Shown here one piece after another: positions 1 through 9,468 of a stretch of DNA of 40,859 bases (positions are counted from its first letter, which is position 1; each line of letters opens with the position of its first letter). Origin of the DNA: a virus. Its lineage: Duplodnaviria; Caudoviricetes. The stretch is taken from positions 1 to 40,859 of IMG/VR virus record IMGVR_UViG_3300012942_000079; one strand, 5' to 3'. The notes beneath the pieces were generated by a model, which had not been told where the DNA came from, made no database searches, and worked only from the letters and a program-made list of their open reading frames with translations. A program made the position numbers and the translations under genes.

Positions 1-1077
1 TCCTCTCGCGTAGACACGGCCTTGAGTAGGGGCAAAGGGGGCTAACTGGTCCCCTGTGGCGTACCAAGCTTCTGTGGAACCCTCTCCGATCAACCAGACT
101 GTGTCTCCTACAGAGAGAGCTTCGATAATGTTATCAGGCTGACTTTCAGCAGTAGCGAAGTCCAGAGGATCGATCACCACCTCTCCGGGCTGCACCCAGT
201 AGAACCTATCGCTGTTAGCAACAGTAACGATAATGAAGGAAGCGATAGAGGCTACAGACTGAGCACCAACACCGTCAGGCATCTCTACGCCTTGAAGGAC
301 ATGAGTACCAGCACCAGTTAGCGTAGTACCTCCCCATGCTAAACCTGTTCCACTAAACACTGTGGTAGCTATGTCGTTAGCAGAGTCTGAGTCAGAGATG
401 GACGTGAGAGTAAGAGTAGTTGCGTCAGACTCAGCAGTCACCAGAGTAGACGGACCACCAAGATTAGCAGAGAAGTCTACTCCCCGGACTCCATCGAACT
501 TCAGAAGCTTTACCATGTTGGCCAGAGAGGCTTCAGTGTCAGCCCCTAGAAGAGCCAACCAAGGATTGTCACTAGTTCCAGCAGCGTTACCAGATACGTC
601 ACTAGACCAAGAGTAGTAGGCACTCCCAATCTGAATAATCTGATCCGAGATAGTAGCCGAGGCTGTCAGAACTCCTGTAGCCTTAGAGCCACCAGCGTAA
701 TATTGAAGAAGAGTACCATCAGCAATGAAGAGTCTCTCATACCCTGCACCAGCCTGAAAGGCCATACTGGGCCTACCCTGTCCAAGGACTTCTCCAGAGA
801 TGGTAATCAGAGTACCATCTGGCTTATACCGAAACATCGTGCTTCCCGAGACAAAGAACAAGTCTCCATCATGCAGCCCCGGAGCAGAGAAAAAGCCCCG
901 GATAATTCCTTCAGCCTCAGTGGACACAAGAGGAGTAGTTCCGGGGCGAGCAAGAAGAGCTACGCCATCAGCAATGTTGGTAGGGTTCTCTTCAAAGAAG
1001 CGATTGAGACAGTGGATTTCAGGCTCATTGGCGTAGTTTCTTTGATACGCTCCTTTACCGAGGGGCACAGCAACCAT
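1..1077 (-). CDS. P22 gp10-like packaged-DNA stabilisation/tail hub protein (3' end runs off the window)
   Basis: Not in the ORF track. ATG at 1077 overlaps the upstream TAA (TAATG). Manual translation: MVAVPLGKGAYQRNYANEPEIHCLNRFFEENPTN...LLARPG...FATAESQPDNI...GSTEAWYATG...PF, typical of gp10-family proteins. Follows the gp4-like gene. Confidence 0.8.
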   Translation of the reverse strand, partial: MVAVPLGKGAYQRNYANEPEIHCLNRFFEENPTNIADGVALLARPGTTPLVSTEAEGIIRGFFSAPGLHDGDLFFVSGSTMFRYKPDGTLITISGEVLGQGRPSMAFQAGAGYERLFIADGTLLQYYAGGSKATGVLTASATISDQIIQIGSAYYSWSSDVSGNAAGTSDNPWLALLGADTEASLANMVKLLKFDGVRGVDFSANLGGPSTLVTAESDATTLTLTSISDSDSANDIATTVFSGTGLAWGGTTLTGAGTHVLQGVEMPDGVGAQSVASIASFIIVTVANSDRFYWVQPGEVVIDPLDFATAESQPDNIIEALSVGDTVWLIGEGSTEAWYATGDQLAPFAPTQGRVYARG

Positions 1078-1352
1078 TAGGTTTTATTCCTTTCCAACAG
1101 CTCCTGTTGCATCTTCCCTACGCTCCAGACAGCACTAACCTTAACACCAAGCTTGGCCAACTCTTCGGTTAGTTCTTTCCTGTTGAGCTTCCTACCTTCT
1201 GTAGGTCCTTCGACCAATCTAGGATTAACCAGATCAGGACTGTCTACCCATCCCTCGGGAACCTCTCCAGAGTGCTGAAAGATTTCAGCCTCTCCGTGGG
1301 GGCCGTACCTCCAAGCAGGCCACTTCTTCGGCAGTCGTTCTTTCCTAGCCAT
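1077..1352 (-). CDS. hypothetical protein (virion morphogenesis region)
   Basis: 91 aa ORF translationally coupled on both sides (TAATG overlaps). Confidence 0.75.
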   Translation of the reverse strand: MARKERLPKKWPAWRYGPHGEAEIFQHSGEVPEGWVDSPDLVNPRLVEGPTEGRKLNRKELTEELAKLGVKVSAVWSVGKMQQELLERNKT

Positions 1353-2122
1353 TAGTAGAATGGATACCCTGTATCAAACAGGCTAGTAGGATCGCCATAG
1401 TAGTTACGTCCGTACCAACGATACTGCCCTGAGAGTCTCAATAAGCCCTCCTCAGAGGGTTTCTGGGTGTCCTGAGAGTAGCGAGCCCTGAACTGTGATC
1501 TAGCCCTAGAAAGGGCTGACTGGCTGGCAGGATCGAGAGTCTGTCCATAGCGAGGATTGAGCCGAGCAGCAAGCATGATGATGAACATATCATCGAACTC
1601 AGCAGGGTAAGGCATCTCACTGGTGAGAGTGATACCAGTAACCCTCATCCAGTTTCCAAGGTCCTCTCGATAGAACCACTCTCTAACCATTCCGTTCTCA
1701 TCAAGAGTCAGGATATCGTCACCTTCGATGGATCGGCCATTACCGTAAATATCTAGGTGAAACTCAGAGAGATTATTCGATACATCAACTATGCCCATTC
1801 TAGCCCCATCGTGAGGCTTAGGGTGGAAGTTTACCTTACCATCACCAGTCAGATTGAGCATCAACCGAATGTTGGCTGGAACGAACACATTCCCCGGAAG
1901 CTCATTAGCGTACCAAGGATAGCCACTAGGCGATTGGATTTCATTCCGTCCCAGAGGCATTGGAGTAAGGTTATCCCCAGCCTCGTTGCCAAGGACTGAG
2001 GACACGATGGTTTGAAGTCTACGAAGACCTTCCGCATTCTCCTCATCACTAGGAGCCTGACCCAGAGGGATGATGTTAGTCTCCCGGAGGGCATCGTTAA
2101 TGATTGAGGAAACAAGGGTCAT
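1352..2122 (-). CDS. head-to-tail adaptor, P22 gp4-like, with an inserted beta domain
   Basis: N-terminal IINDALRETNII...EGLRRLQ and C-terminal LAARLNPRYG helices resemble gp4-type adaptors; position after the capsid genes. Confidence 0.7.
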   Translation of the reverse strand: MTLVSSIINDALRETNIIPLGQAPSDEENAEGLRRLQTIVSSVLGNEAGDNLTPMPLGRNEIQSPSGYPWYANELPGNVFVPANIRLMLNLTGDGKVNFHPKPHDGARMGIVDVSNNLSEFHLDIYGNGRSIEGDDILTLDENGMVREWFYREDLGNWMRVTGITLTSEMPYPAEFDDMFIIMLAARLNPRYGQTLDPASQSALSRARSQFRARYSQDTQKPSEEGLLRLSGQYRWYGRNYYGDPTSLFDTGYPFY

Positions 2123-2131
2123 TAGCGATCC

Positions 2132-2737
2132 TTACGAAAGGGTGAAGACGTGAACCTGAAGAGGGCTGTCAGCAGCAGGAGTGATTACCCGGACATAGAA
2201 ATTGTCAGAAGTCTCTACGTCACTCCAGAACTCCCAGCAGTCAGAACGATAGCCCTGAGTAGCATCGGCACCACCAGATAGGGTGCCAGAGCCAGAAACG
2301 GTAAGGTTGGTAGCCGTAGTCGTAAGGACAACATCATTGCCGTCCGAACCAGTAGCAACAGCATTCAGAGTAATCACAGCCGGACTTGTCTTGTTAGCAA
2401 CCACAACCCCCGACGCCTGAGAACTGATGGCAGCCAGAAGATTGTCTAGAGAGCCTTCAGCATCCGTACCAATCTCTACGTCAGTGTCTTCAGTAGGGGT
2501 AGCAGTAAAGGTGAAAGTCGTAGTTCCGATAGTTACCGTATCGTCTTCAGCTACCTGATCGGCAAAAGTAATCGTGCCAGAGGCATTAGAACCATTCAGT
2601 ACCGGATCAGACGAACCAGACGTAATAAGGATAGGATGGGTCAACGGATACTGCCGGATTTTAACGAGCTTCGTAGAACCAGAAGTGACCTGAACCCATC
2701 CATCCTGAGGAGTGATTTCGTAAACAGCAGTAGCCAT
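2132..2737 (-). CDS. putative virion structural/decoration protein
   Basis: T/S/G/A-rich beta protein directly after the coat gene; AGGAGA RBS. Confidence 0.65.
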   Translation of the reverse strand: MATAVYEITPQDGWVQVTSGSTKLVKIRQYPLTHPILITSGSSDPVLNGSNASGTITFADQVAEDDTVTIGTTTFTFTATPTEDTDVEIGTDAEGSLDNLLAAISSQASGVVVANKTSPAVITLNAVATGSDGNDVVLTTTATNLTVSGSGTLSGGADATQGYRSDCWEFWSDVETSDNFYVRVITPAADSPLQVHVFTLS

Positions 2738-2757
2738 GTAAATCTCCTAGAAAGGTG

Positions 2758-2788
2758 GACCGGGAGTATCGTTGAGGGACTCCCGGTC
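2758..2788 (-). terminator. stem-loop after the major capsid gene (weak terminator or mRNA-stabilising hairpin)
   Basis: GACCGGGAGT (2758-2767) / ACTCCCGGTC (2779-2788), perfect 10 bp; only a short interrupted U-run (CACCUUUCU) follows on the minus strand. Confidence 0.55.
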
Positions 2789-2795
2789 GGATAGA

Positions 2796-4109
2796 TTAGG
2801 CAGTACCGTTAATACGAACCAGTCGCCTGCGGTCAACAATGTTAGCCGTAAGGGCAACATCGAAGCGGATACGGTGTTCACCAGTCGCGAAGACCGAGTC
2901 CTGCCACATACGGACACTCAGAGGAACCTTCGTCAGGCTCTTCCGCGAAGCCGTACCAGTCGCGGGCATGATGAGGTCAGCCGTATTGACAATGACAGCC
3001 TGTTTGTTCATCAGCAGGCGGGGCTTGACAGCCGTGCTAGCCGCATTCATAAACGTGATGACCGCATCATCAGCCGGAGCCGCCGACACCGTAGCATTCG
3101 CCGTATTGACACTGATGTCACCACCGCTGCCCGTGTTCGGGACAATGATAGCCGGGAAGATACGGAGAGCCGCTACAGCGCCACCCGACGTAGCCGTGAA
3201 GTCGCCGACCACTCGGAACTGCTGGAGACGGGGAGCAAGGCTAGCCTGAAGCCGATTGTCATAGGCGTAGACACCCGCAATCGTAAAGACTTCGCCATCC
3301 TTGATCGTCGCATTCGCGCCAAGACCGTCAACCGCAATCGTCTGCGTCAGATACTGGCCCGGAGCAGGCGAGATCGCCACGTCCTTGTAGTCCGAGTTCT
3401 GAGACGCACCATTGACAGCGCCAGTCGCAGTACGGGAGCCGCTGGTAAGCGTCGGAAGCTGCTGAGTGAACAGCGTCGGGATACCCGCCACCGAACCCGA
3501 GAAGCCCTGACGGTAAGTCCCCGAACCGATATCGGGAAGCGAAGCATTGTCAGCCACGATAGCCGAGCCGAGAGCCTGCTTATCCCCATACGTCAGAACC
3601 GCACGGACATCAACGTCCTCAACGCCCTCTTCCTTCAGACGGGTGTAGCCACTGGCCACATCATCGAAGTCCGAGACAGCCGTACCGGGCGTGCCAGTCC
3701 AGTTGTTCGAAGCCAGAGCCGCATAACCCAGAATGTAGGCGTCGATCTGTTCCGAGAGGTTCAGGGCAGCGTTCTTGAGAGCTTCACTCTCACGAGCCGC
3801 ACCGATATCCCGAATCTTCACGAAGTCGCCCCAACCCATGCTGGAACCAAACACGTCCTGAAGCTTGTACTGTTCCGAACCGAACACGGTATCCTGAACA
3901 CCCGTGCTGAGGTCCTGAACACCATTAGTCGTCCGCGTCACCGTGTAACGGGGGCCAACCTGTTCCACAACAGTAAGGCCATTTCGGTCGTTCATTTCGT
4001 TGTCGAACTTCCGCCACGTCACAAGGTCCTTAGACACAAGGTTGTTCTGGAAGATTGCCGCAAACGAGTTGAGAACAAGCTTTGCCTGATCTACAGTAAC
4101 AGTAGCCAT
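2796..4109 (-). CDS. major capsid protein, P22 coat (gp5) family
   Basis: 437 aa, strongly biased codons, follows the scaffold; GEVFTIAGVYA insertion-domain motif and C-terminal HRIRFDV. Confidence 0.88.
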   Translation of the reverse strand: MATVTVDQAKLVLNSFAAIFQNNLVSKDLVTWRKFDNEMNDRNGLTVVEQVGPRYTVTRTTNGVQDLSTGVQDTVFGSEQYKLQDVFGSSMGWGDFVKIRDIGAARESEALKNAALNLSEQIDAYILGYAALASNNWTGTPGTAVSDFDDVASGYTRLKEEGVEDVDVRAVLTYGDKQALGSAIVADNASLPDIGSGTYRQGFSGSVAGIPTLFTQQLPTLTSGSRTATGAVNGASQNSDYKDVAISPAPGQYLTQTIAVDGLGANATIKDGEVFTIAGVYAYDNRLQASLAPRLQQFRVVGDFTATSGGAVAALRIFPAIIVPNTGSGGDISVNTANATVSAAPADDAVITFMNAASTAVKPRLLMNKQAVIVNTADLIMPATGTASRKSLTKVPLSVRMWQDSVFATGEHRIRFDVALTANIVDRRRLVRINGTA

Positions 4110-4136
4110 TCCTTATTTTCCTTTTGGTACTCCTCA

Positions 4137-5186
4137 CTACTTTCGTTTGAAAAACGTCTTCTCGAAAGCATCGAGGTCGTCGGTATCAGGCGCTACATTC
4201 TTTACCGAGTTCGTACCTTTATTAAGGACGGGCGGAGGAGTAGGGGCCTTGGATACCTTCGGTTTCTTTACTTCTGTCTCAGCTTCCTTGAGAAAGAAAC
4301 TCTCAATTCGGCCAAGGGCGATAGTTGCCTTCACCGGACCACTAGCAGCGATCTTCTTGGCTTCGGCGATGTTGCTGGCAAGATAGTAAAGAACGTCAGG
4401 ACCGTGATCCAAGGACATGATGGTGTTCGCTAGATACTCCCCATACGCAGGGTCGAGATCGCGGAATGTCTCCTCAAGGTGAGCATTCTTGTCATCTAGG
4501 TCTTCATAAGTCTCACGAGCTTTCTCAAGCTTCCCCTGCCATTCAGTGTGCAGAGAGTTGCGGGACTCTTCCAGTTCCTTTTGCTTTCTAGTCTCCTCTT
4601 CCTTAGCCCGAAGCTCTTCAGTCTCCTTCTGGATCGTAAAGCGGGTAAGGTCGCGGATATAGAGAGGATCAAACTCACCAAGCGGGTACTTGTCTTCTCC
4701 GTTCTCCAGCTTATCTTCCGGAGTAGGAGCACCAAGTGGGTTGGCAGTCGTCTGGTCTTTCGGCTCTTCCTTTGCCGAGTTGTCGAGCTTACTGAGGATT
4801 TCGTCAAGCTTACGCTGAAGGGCTTCCTTGTCACGTTCAGCTTCACGAGCCTTAGCAGTTAGCTCATTGATCCGTTCCTGAAAGCGGCTCTTGGGTTTAG
4901 GCTTGGGTTCAGGCTCAGGAGTCTCCTCCTCACCGTCGTCCTCGTCACCATCGCCATTGTCGTCGTCGTTTTCAGTTGCGAGGGAATCATCCTCGTCGTT
5001 GTCATTGTCGTTGTTTTCGTTACCATCAGGAGCGTTGGGTTCAACTACTTCCGAGTCTTCCGTTTTGGCCTCCGGTTCGACTACTTCTTCCTGCTTTGCT
5101 CGGCCATTGAACAGATCAGTAAAAGCGTCAAGATCGTCAGTGTTTACATCAACGATAAGTTCATCACTAGAGTTATTATCACTCAT
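4137..5186 (-). CDS. capsid scaffolding protein
   Basis: Acidic N-terminus, coiled coil (RFQERINELTAKAREAER), GPDVLYYLA...ALGRIE and KVSKAPTPPP motifs; lies between portal and coat. Confidence 0.85.
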   Translation of the reverse strand: MSDNNSSDELIVDVNTDDLDAFTDLFNGRAKQEEVVEPEAKTEDSEVVEPNAPDGNENNDNDNDEDDSLATENDDDNGDGDEDDGEEETPEPEPKPKPKSRFQERINELTAKAREAERDKEALQRKLDEILSKLDNSAKEEPKDQTTANPLGAPTPEDKLENGEDKYPLGEFDPLYIRDLTRFTIQKETEELRAKEEETRKQKELEESRNSLHTEWQGKLEKARETYEDLDDKNAHLEETFRDLDPAYGEYLANTIMSLDHGPDVLYYLASNIAEAKKIAASGPVKATIALGRIESFFLKEAETEVKKPKVSKAPTPPPVLNKGTNSVKNVAPDTDDLDAFEKTFFKRK

Positions 5187-5218
5187 ATTTAGGTTTGCGG
5201 TCCTTCACCGAAGCCACC

Positions 5219-7333
5219 TTATTGCGGTTGTTTGGGAGCAGGGGTGGACGAGCCTGCTGCCGCCGAAGCTTTCTGCTCTTGCCCATTAAGGGCCACAGAG
5301 TGCTTGAGTATAGAGTCGATAGCGCTCAGTTCAAGCTGATTGCCGTCAACCATATTATCGGAGAGAGCCCGAATACGCTGCGTCTCAGCATTGTATTTAT
5401 CAATTTCGAGCTTCTCAATATCAATCGTCTTGTCAGTCTTGAGTTGCTGGTTCTCAGCAGCCAACTGTTGTAGCTGTTGCTGCATCTCCTGCAACTGTTC
5501 AGGAGTGACTCCCAGACCGCCCTCTTCCTTGGGATCAAGGAACTGCGGAGGAATGGTCTTCTTGAGTCGTTCAGCCAACTTGTCAGCACCCGGCCAATCC
5601 TGAGCCTTGGCAACAATGTCACCGGCAACTTGGATAAGCTGTGGCCAGACCTGAATGGCGTCCATCATGGACTGAGCAGCCTCAACCCGGCGGGTCGTGT
5701 AGCTTGTGCCAGTCGTCAGGGCAGTATCGTAGATACCAACAGACAGATCAGGAGACGTTGGGTCCATAGGATCGTTGATCCGAACGAACTTAATCTCTTC
5801 ATCCTCACCGATAGCACGGACAGTGCGAGTACCATCGTAGACCTGAGAGATCAACTGATTGACAACATCACCACCCTCAAGGACGGAGTCATTGCCATTG
5901 TCATAATAGGTCAGGCTGGCGATATCACCTTCACGCTGACGAGCGTTGATAGCCTTACCACTAGTCTCATTACTCTTGATACCAAGCGAAGCATCGTGGA
6001 TGCCTGTGATATCCTTCATGTCCTGAGAGTTTACATTGGCTTCATTGAGAAGCGCAGCCTCAGGAGTCGGAGGAGCAAGCCTTTCAGGTGGTGCCGAGGC
6101 GTCATCATTGTAGATGAGAAGAGGATCACGAGACAGGTGGGCCTTACGGAACGCCTCTTCCCGGCCCTCAACAGCACTCTCAGGGGCGATCCACTGGGCC
6201 TTGGGAGCATATCCTAGCTGCTCAGCAGCAACCGAACGCCAGAAGTTTTTGAGGCGTACAGCGTCCTTCATAAAGCGGACTAGGCCATAGCGGACACGCC
6301 TACCACGGACATTAACCACTCGACCAGACATACGGATAATCGGAAGACGGGTGAGGCGATACTCATAGGGTCCAGACAGGATGCTGAAGCCCGTAACAAG
6401 GTGCATCTGAGCGTAGGAACAAGGGCTCAGGCGGGTACGAATAGGGGCACCGTGCTTAGCTGAAAGCTCTTCGATGTTGTCCTTATCGATGAACCGGATC
6501 GAGCCGTCTTCAAACAGAGCGAGGAGGCGATCCCGTTCGATCATCCTCCAATATTCGGTGATCCGATAACCTTCGTCGGTGATCCAACCACCTTGATACA
6601 TCATTGCCTTGGTATTCTCACCAAGGTCAGAAGGCTCTACACCTTTCCATTTAGCTCGAAATTCCTTCTCAGAGATAACATCATCGACCCACACCCTTCG
6701 GGCATCGCGACCAGTGTTATCAACCGAATATCGGTCCCATACAACTGCAAGGGAGTCCTCAATGGGCCGAATAAAAATGTCTTGGTCGAAGGCATCGTCA
6801 CGAGAATACTCAACAGAGACTCGGAAAGCGCCATCACCACACTGGACCATGGACTCAAATGCGTCGTTGTAGACACGATCAGCCCGAGACTTCATCTCAA
6901 TGGCTCGGATCAGGTCCCCACGAACAGAGGCAACATCAGTATCATTATCCTCTGAGGGGACGATCTTAATAGCCTTGCGGCTCTCTCGCCAATCACCTAC
7001 CAACTGAGCAGTAAACTGGGGGACAGAGTTGATAACAAGGCAGGGAAGGCCCTTACGCTGCTCAAGGACCAGAGGGTCCCACTGTTCACCAGCAGCAAAC
7101 TTCTTGTCGTCTAGGGCCTGATCCCGGTTCTCACGATCAGCATCAACATTAAGCTGGTACTCTTCGCGCATATCCTTGAGAAAGTCCTCGACCGTCTCAA
7201 ACCCCTCGGGGACGTACCCTTTAGGGACATTATCCGTGAATTGGGTAACACTTATCTCGCGAACAGGCTCCTTCTGATCGGGCTCTGGCGCAATAATAGG
7301 TTCTACTTCTGTTGCCACTAGCCTATCATCCAA
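5219..7333 (-). CDS. portal protein, P22-like (start may be GTG at 7318)
   Basis: ~700 aa after terL; DKKFAAGEQW, YGLVRFMKDA, SGKAINARQREG and Q-rich C-terminal barrel typical of P22-like portals. Confidence 0.9.
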   Translation of the reverse strand: MDDRLVATEVEPIIAPEPDQKEPVREISVTQFTDNVPKGYVPEGFETVEDFLKDMREEYQLNVDADRENRDQALDDKKFAAGEQWDPLVLEQRKGLPCLVINSVPQFTAQLVGDWRESRKAIKIVPSEDNDTDVASVRGDLIRAIEMKSRADRVYNDAFESMVQCGDGAFRVSVEYSRDDAFDQDIFIRPIEDSLAVVWDRYSVDNTGRDARRVWVDDVISEKEFRAKWKGVEPSDLGENTKAMMYQGGWITDEGYRITEYWRMIERDRLLALFEDGSIRFIDKDNIEELSAKHGAPIRTRLSPCSYAQMHLVTGFSILSGPYEYRLTRLPIIRMSGRVVNVRGRRVRYGLVRFMKDAVRLKNFWRSVAAEQLGYAPKAQWIAPESAVEGREEAFRKAHLSRDPLLIYNDDASAPPERLAPPTPEAALLNEANVNSQDMKDITGIHDASLGIKSNETSGKAINARQREGDIASLTYYDNGNDSVLEGGDVVNQLISQVYDGTRTVRAIGEDEEIKFVRINDPMDPTSPDLSVGIYDTALTTGTSYTTRRVEAAQSMMDAIQVWPQLIQVAGDIVAKAQDWPGADKLAERLKKTIPPQFLDPKEEGGLGVTPEQLQEMQQQLQQLAAENQQLKTDKTIDIEKLEIDKYNAETQRIRALSDNMVDGNQLELSAIDSILKHSVALNGQEQKASAAAGSSTPAPKQPQ

Positions 7334-8742
7334 CTGTTAGCGTTATCGATGTACGTGTTAGGAGTATATCCGGGGTCCCATCCAGTAGGGTTGGCAGGTT
7401 TGGGGGTCCTTGGATCAGTCCTTCGCCTTGCAGTAATCCTGTCAAAGATTTCAGTCAAACCCCAGACCAGAGCATCAACACGGTCAGGAGAGCCTGTGCT
7501 GGCGTTCCTGATGTTATCAACAGAGAAGAGGCACATCTGATCTTCAAGTTCATCAAATCGTCCTACATGGTGGACTCTGGATTGTTCGTACAAAGCAGAG
7601 ATTGGTTCAGCACGGATAACCTTACCTCGGCTAGCGTGAACAAGCTTTACTGGGACACTTCTATCAGCAGCACGAAGCACTGAGAGGACCATCTCCCCTC
7701 CTTGGTTCTTCTCAGCTACTATCTTGTCTGCCTGCCACTTCCTGTACATCGTGACAGCCTTCTTGGCCCACTCTTCAGGAGAACCTCGAAGGCTGGCATC
7801 TTCGAGGACATAGCCCCTAGCATAACCGTCCCTGTCCCTAGCCAGACCAACAACTACGATCCCGTTCTCATCGCTGCCCTCTTCCGAGCTAGCTGCTGGA
7901 TCAACAGCAACAATAACTCGTTCAAGGTCTTCAGGAGCCTCTGAGACTCGGGCTTCGTCAATGCTCTCTCGGTTCCACAGGGCTCCGGGGATGTCTCCGA
8001 GGATTTCTCCCTCAAGTTCCTGCCGCCCTAAGCGGGTATCTCCGTATCGGTCGTAGAGTTGCTTGATCGTGCTCTTAGCCAGATTGGCTGAGTTATCCAG
8101 TGTTGATCCACGAGTAACATAAGTATCAGGGTCAGCTACCAGCTTCTTAATCAGAGGCAGAGGACGAGGAGTAGTGGTAACAATAATCTTGGGGTGGACG
8201 CCCAATCGCATACCGAAAGCTAGCTGATCCCACGTCTCTTGCATGTACCGGAATTTAGCCAACTCATCGATCCAGCCAGCATCATGTTGAGGGCCTCGAA
8301 GTTGGTCTGGCTCGGTAGCATTGTAGAGATAAGCTAGGGCTCCGTTAGGCCAAGTCAGCTTTCTGTTCGTCTTCTCATAGACTGGTCGGAACTCTTTAGG
8401 GTGACAGGCGAGGATACCACTTTCACCCTCAACCATAACATCACGAGCATCGGCTGCTGTCTCTGCCACTAGGGCAATTCGTTTGTACCTTCCGCCTGAA
8501 AGGGGAGTTGTTCCACATGCCCAGCTTCGGATAGCTTCTGACCCAATCCTTGTCTTCCCAAAACCACGACCAGCAAGGATCATCCATATGTTCCAGTCGC
8601 CCTCTGGTTCTATTTGGTTTGGGCGAGCCCAGAAGGGCCAGTGATATTTAAGACTTGCTTTCTGCTCCGGGGTCAACGAGTTCAACCACTCTTGGCGCTC
8701 CTGCTCGTTCAACGAGGCTAGCAATTGAGCGGGTGAAGTCAT
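7318..8742 (-). CDS. terL: terminase large subunit
   Basis: Walker A AGRGFGKT, Walker B WIDE, TTTP motif, nuclease VAVDPA and DRVDALVW. Probable start ATG 8742 (MTSPAQLL) rather than the ORF-track start at 8898. Confidence 0.95.
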   Translation of the reverse strand: MTSPAQLLASLNEQERQEWLNSLTPEQKASLKYHWPFWARPNQIEPEGDWNIWMILAGRGFGKTRIGSEAIRSWACGTTPLSGGRYKRIALVAETAADARDVMVEGESGILACHPKEFRPVYEKTNRKLTWPNGALAYLYNATEPDQLRGPQHDAGWIDELAKFRYMQETWDQLAFGMRLGVHPKIIVTTTPRPLPLIKKLVADPDTYVTRGSTLDNSANLAKSTIKQLYDRYGDTRLGRQELEGEILGDIPGALWNRESIDEARVSEAPEDLERVIVAVDPAASSEEGSDENGIVVVGLARDRDGYARGYVLEDASLRGSPEEWAKKAVTMYRKWQADKIVAEKNQGGEMVLSVLRAADRSVPVKLVHASRGKVIRAEPISALYEQSRVHHVGRFDELEDQMCLFSVDNIRNASTGSPDRVDALVWGLTEIFDRITARRRTDPRTPKPANPTGWDPGYTPNTYIDNANSWMIG

Positions 8743-9262
8743 CTGCATCTTCGCGAACTTTCTCGTACTTGATTGCCTCGCCATCCTTGCCGGTGATCTC
8801 TTGGCGTTCAATGAACATACCCAGATGCTTGGCGAGAAGCTCAGCCCCTCGGAGGATAGCGTTAGGGTTGTAGTCTTCCTTCGTCTCACAACGCTCAATC
8901 GTTGCTACGATCTTCTTCAGGACGTAGTCAGCGGTAACGTCGGAGTGCTTGGCTCGATCCATCTTGAGGGCGTCGATGGCTGCCCGGATCGATGGAGTCT
9001 TCAGGAGTTCAGAGGCCAACTGAGCAGGATTATCGGAGGAGTAAGCTGACCTCTGGACAGCCGCTGTACCATTCAGATCAACAAGATACTCTTCAACGAA
9101 GGAACGCTGTTTCCCAGTCAGAGCAGCCAGAATGTCATCGATATTGCCTGAACGGAGAGCTTTCTGAAGCTGAGGAGTCAAGCCCCTCGGCCTAGCCTTA
9201 ATGGTCTTTTTGTAGTTCAGAAGCTCTTTGGCGTAGGATCGTTCACCCTGAGGAACCAACAA
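8648..9262 (-). CDS. terS: terminase small subunit
   Basis: LTGKQRSFVEEYLVDLNGTAAVQRSAYS HTH and ELLAKHLGMF motif; TTG start with GGAGAG RBS. Confidence 0.9.
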   Translation of the reverse strand: MLVPQGERSYAKELLNYKKTIKARPRGLTPQLQKALRSGNIDDILAALTGKQRSFVEEYLVDLNGTAAVQRSAYSSDNPAQLASELLKTPSIRAAIDALKMDRAKHSDVTADYVLKKIVATIERCETKEDYNPNAILRGAELLAKHLGMFIERQEITGKDGEAIKYEKVREDADDFTRSIASLVERAGAPRVVELVDPGAESKS

Positions 9263-9293
9263 TTAAACACTCTCCTCTTTCCCTTATACCCAT

Positions 9294-9322
9294 ATTATAC
9301 CATTTTTAGGTTGCAATGTCAA
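9294..9322 (-). promoter_or_regulatory. sigma70-type promoter for the virion (late) arm
   Basis: Minus strand TTGACA-17 nt-TATAAT, perfect consensus with extended -10 TGG, ~30 nt upstream of terS. Confidence 0.9.
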
Positions 9323-9439
9323 GAACTATTTGTATTTTTCCACAAATATGGGAGGGAAGGGGGGCTTCGGAACGGGGGATGGGTGGGATGACTCCCACAC
9401 CATCGGATAACAAAATCTAGGTAGGGGTCACTTTTACGG

Positions 9440-9468
9440 TTGACAGATTGTCAATTCTATGGTAGAAT
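9440..9468 (+). promoter_or_regulatory. sigma70-type rightward promoter
   Basis: TTGACA-17 nt-TAGAAT with TGG extension. Confidence 0.75.

Noticed and set aside
2772-4433. 553-aa + strand ORF antisense to the capsid and scaffold genes
   Set aside because: Shadow ORF caused by the capsid gene's strong codon bias; Arg/Ser-rich, no RBS or motifs
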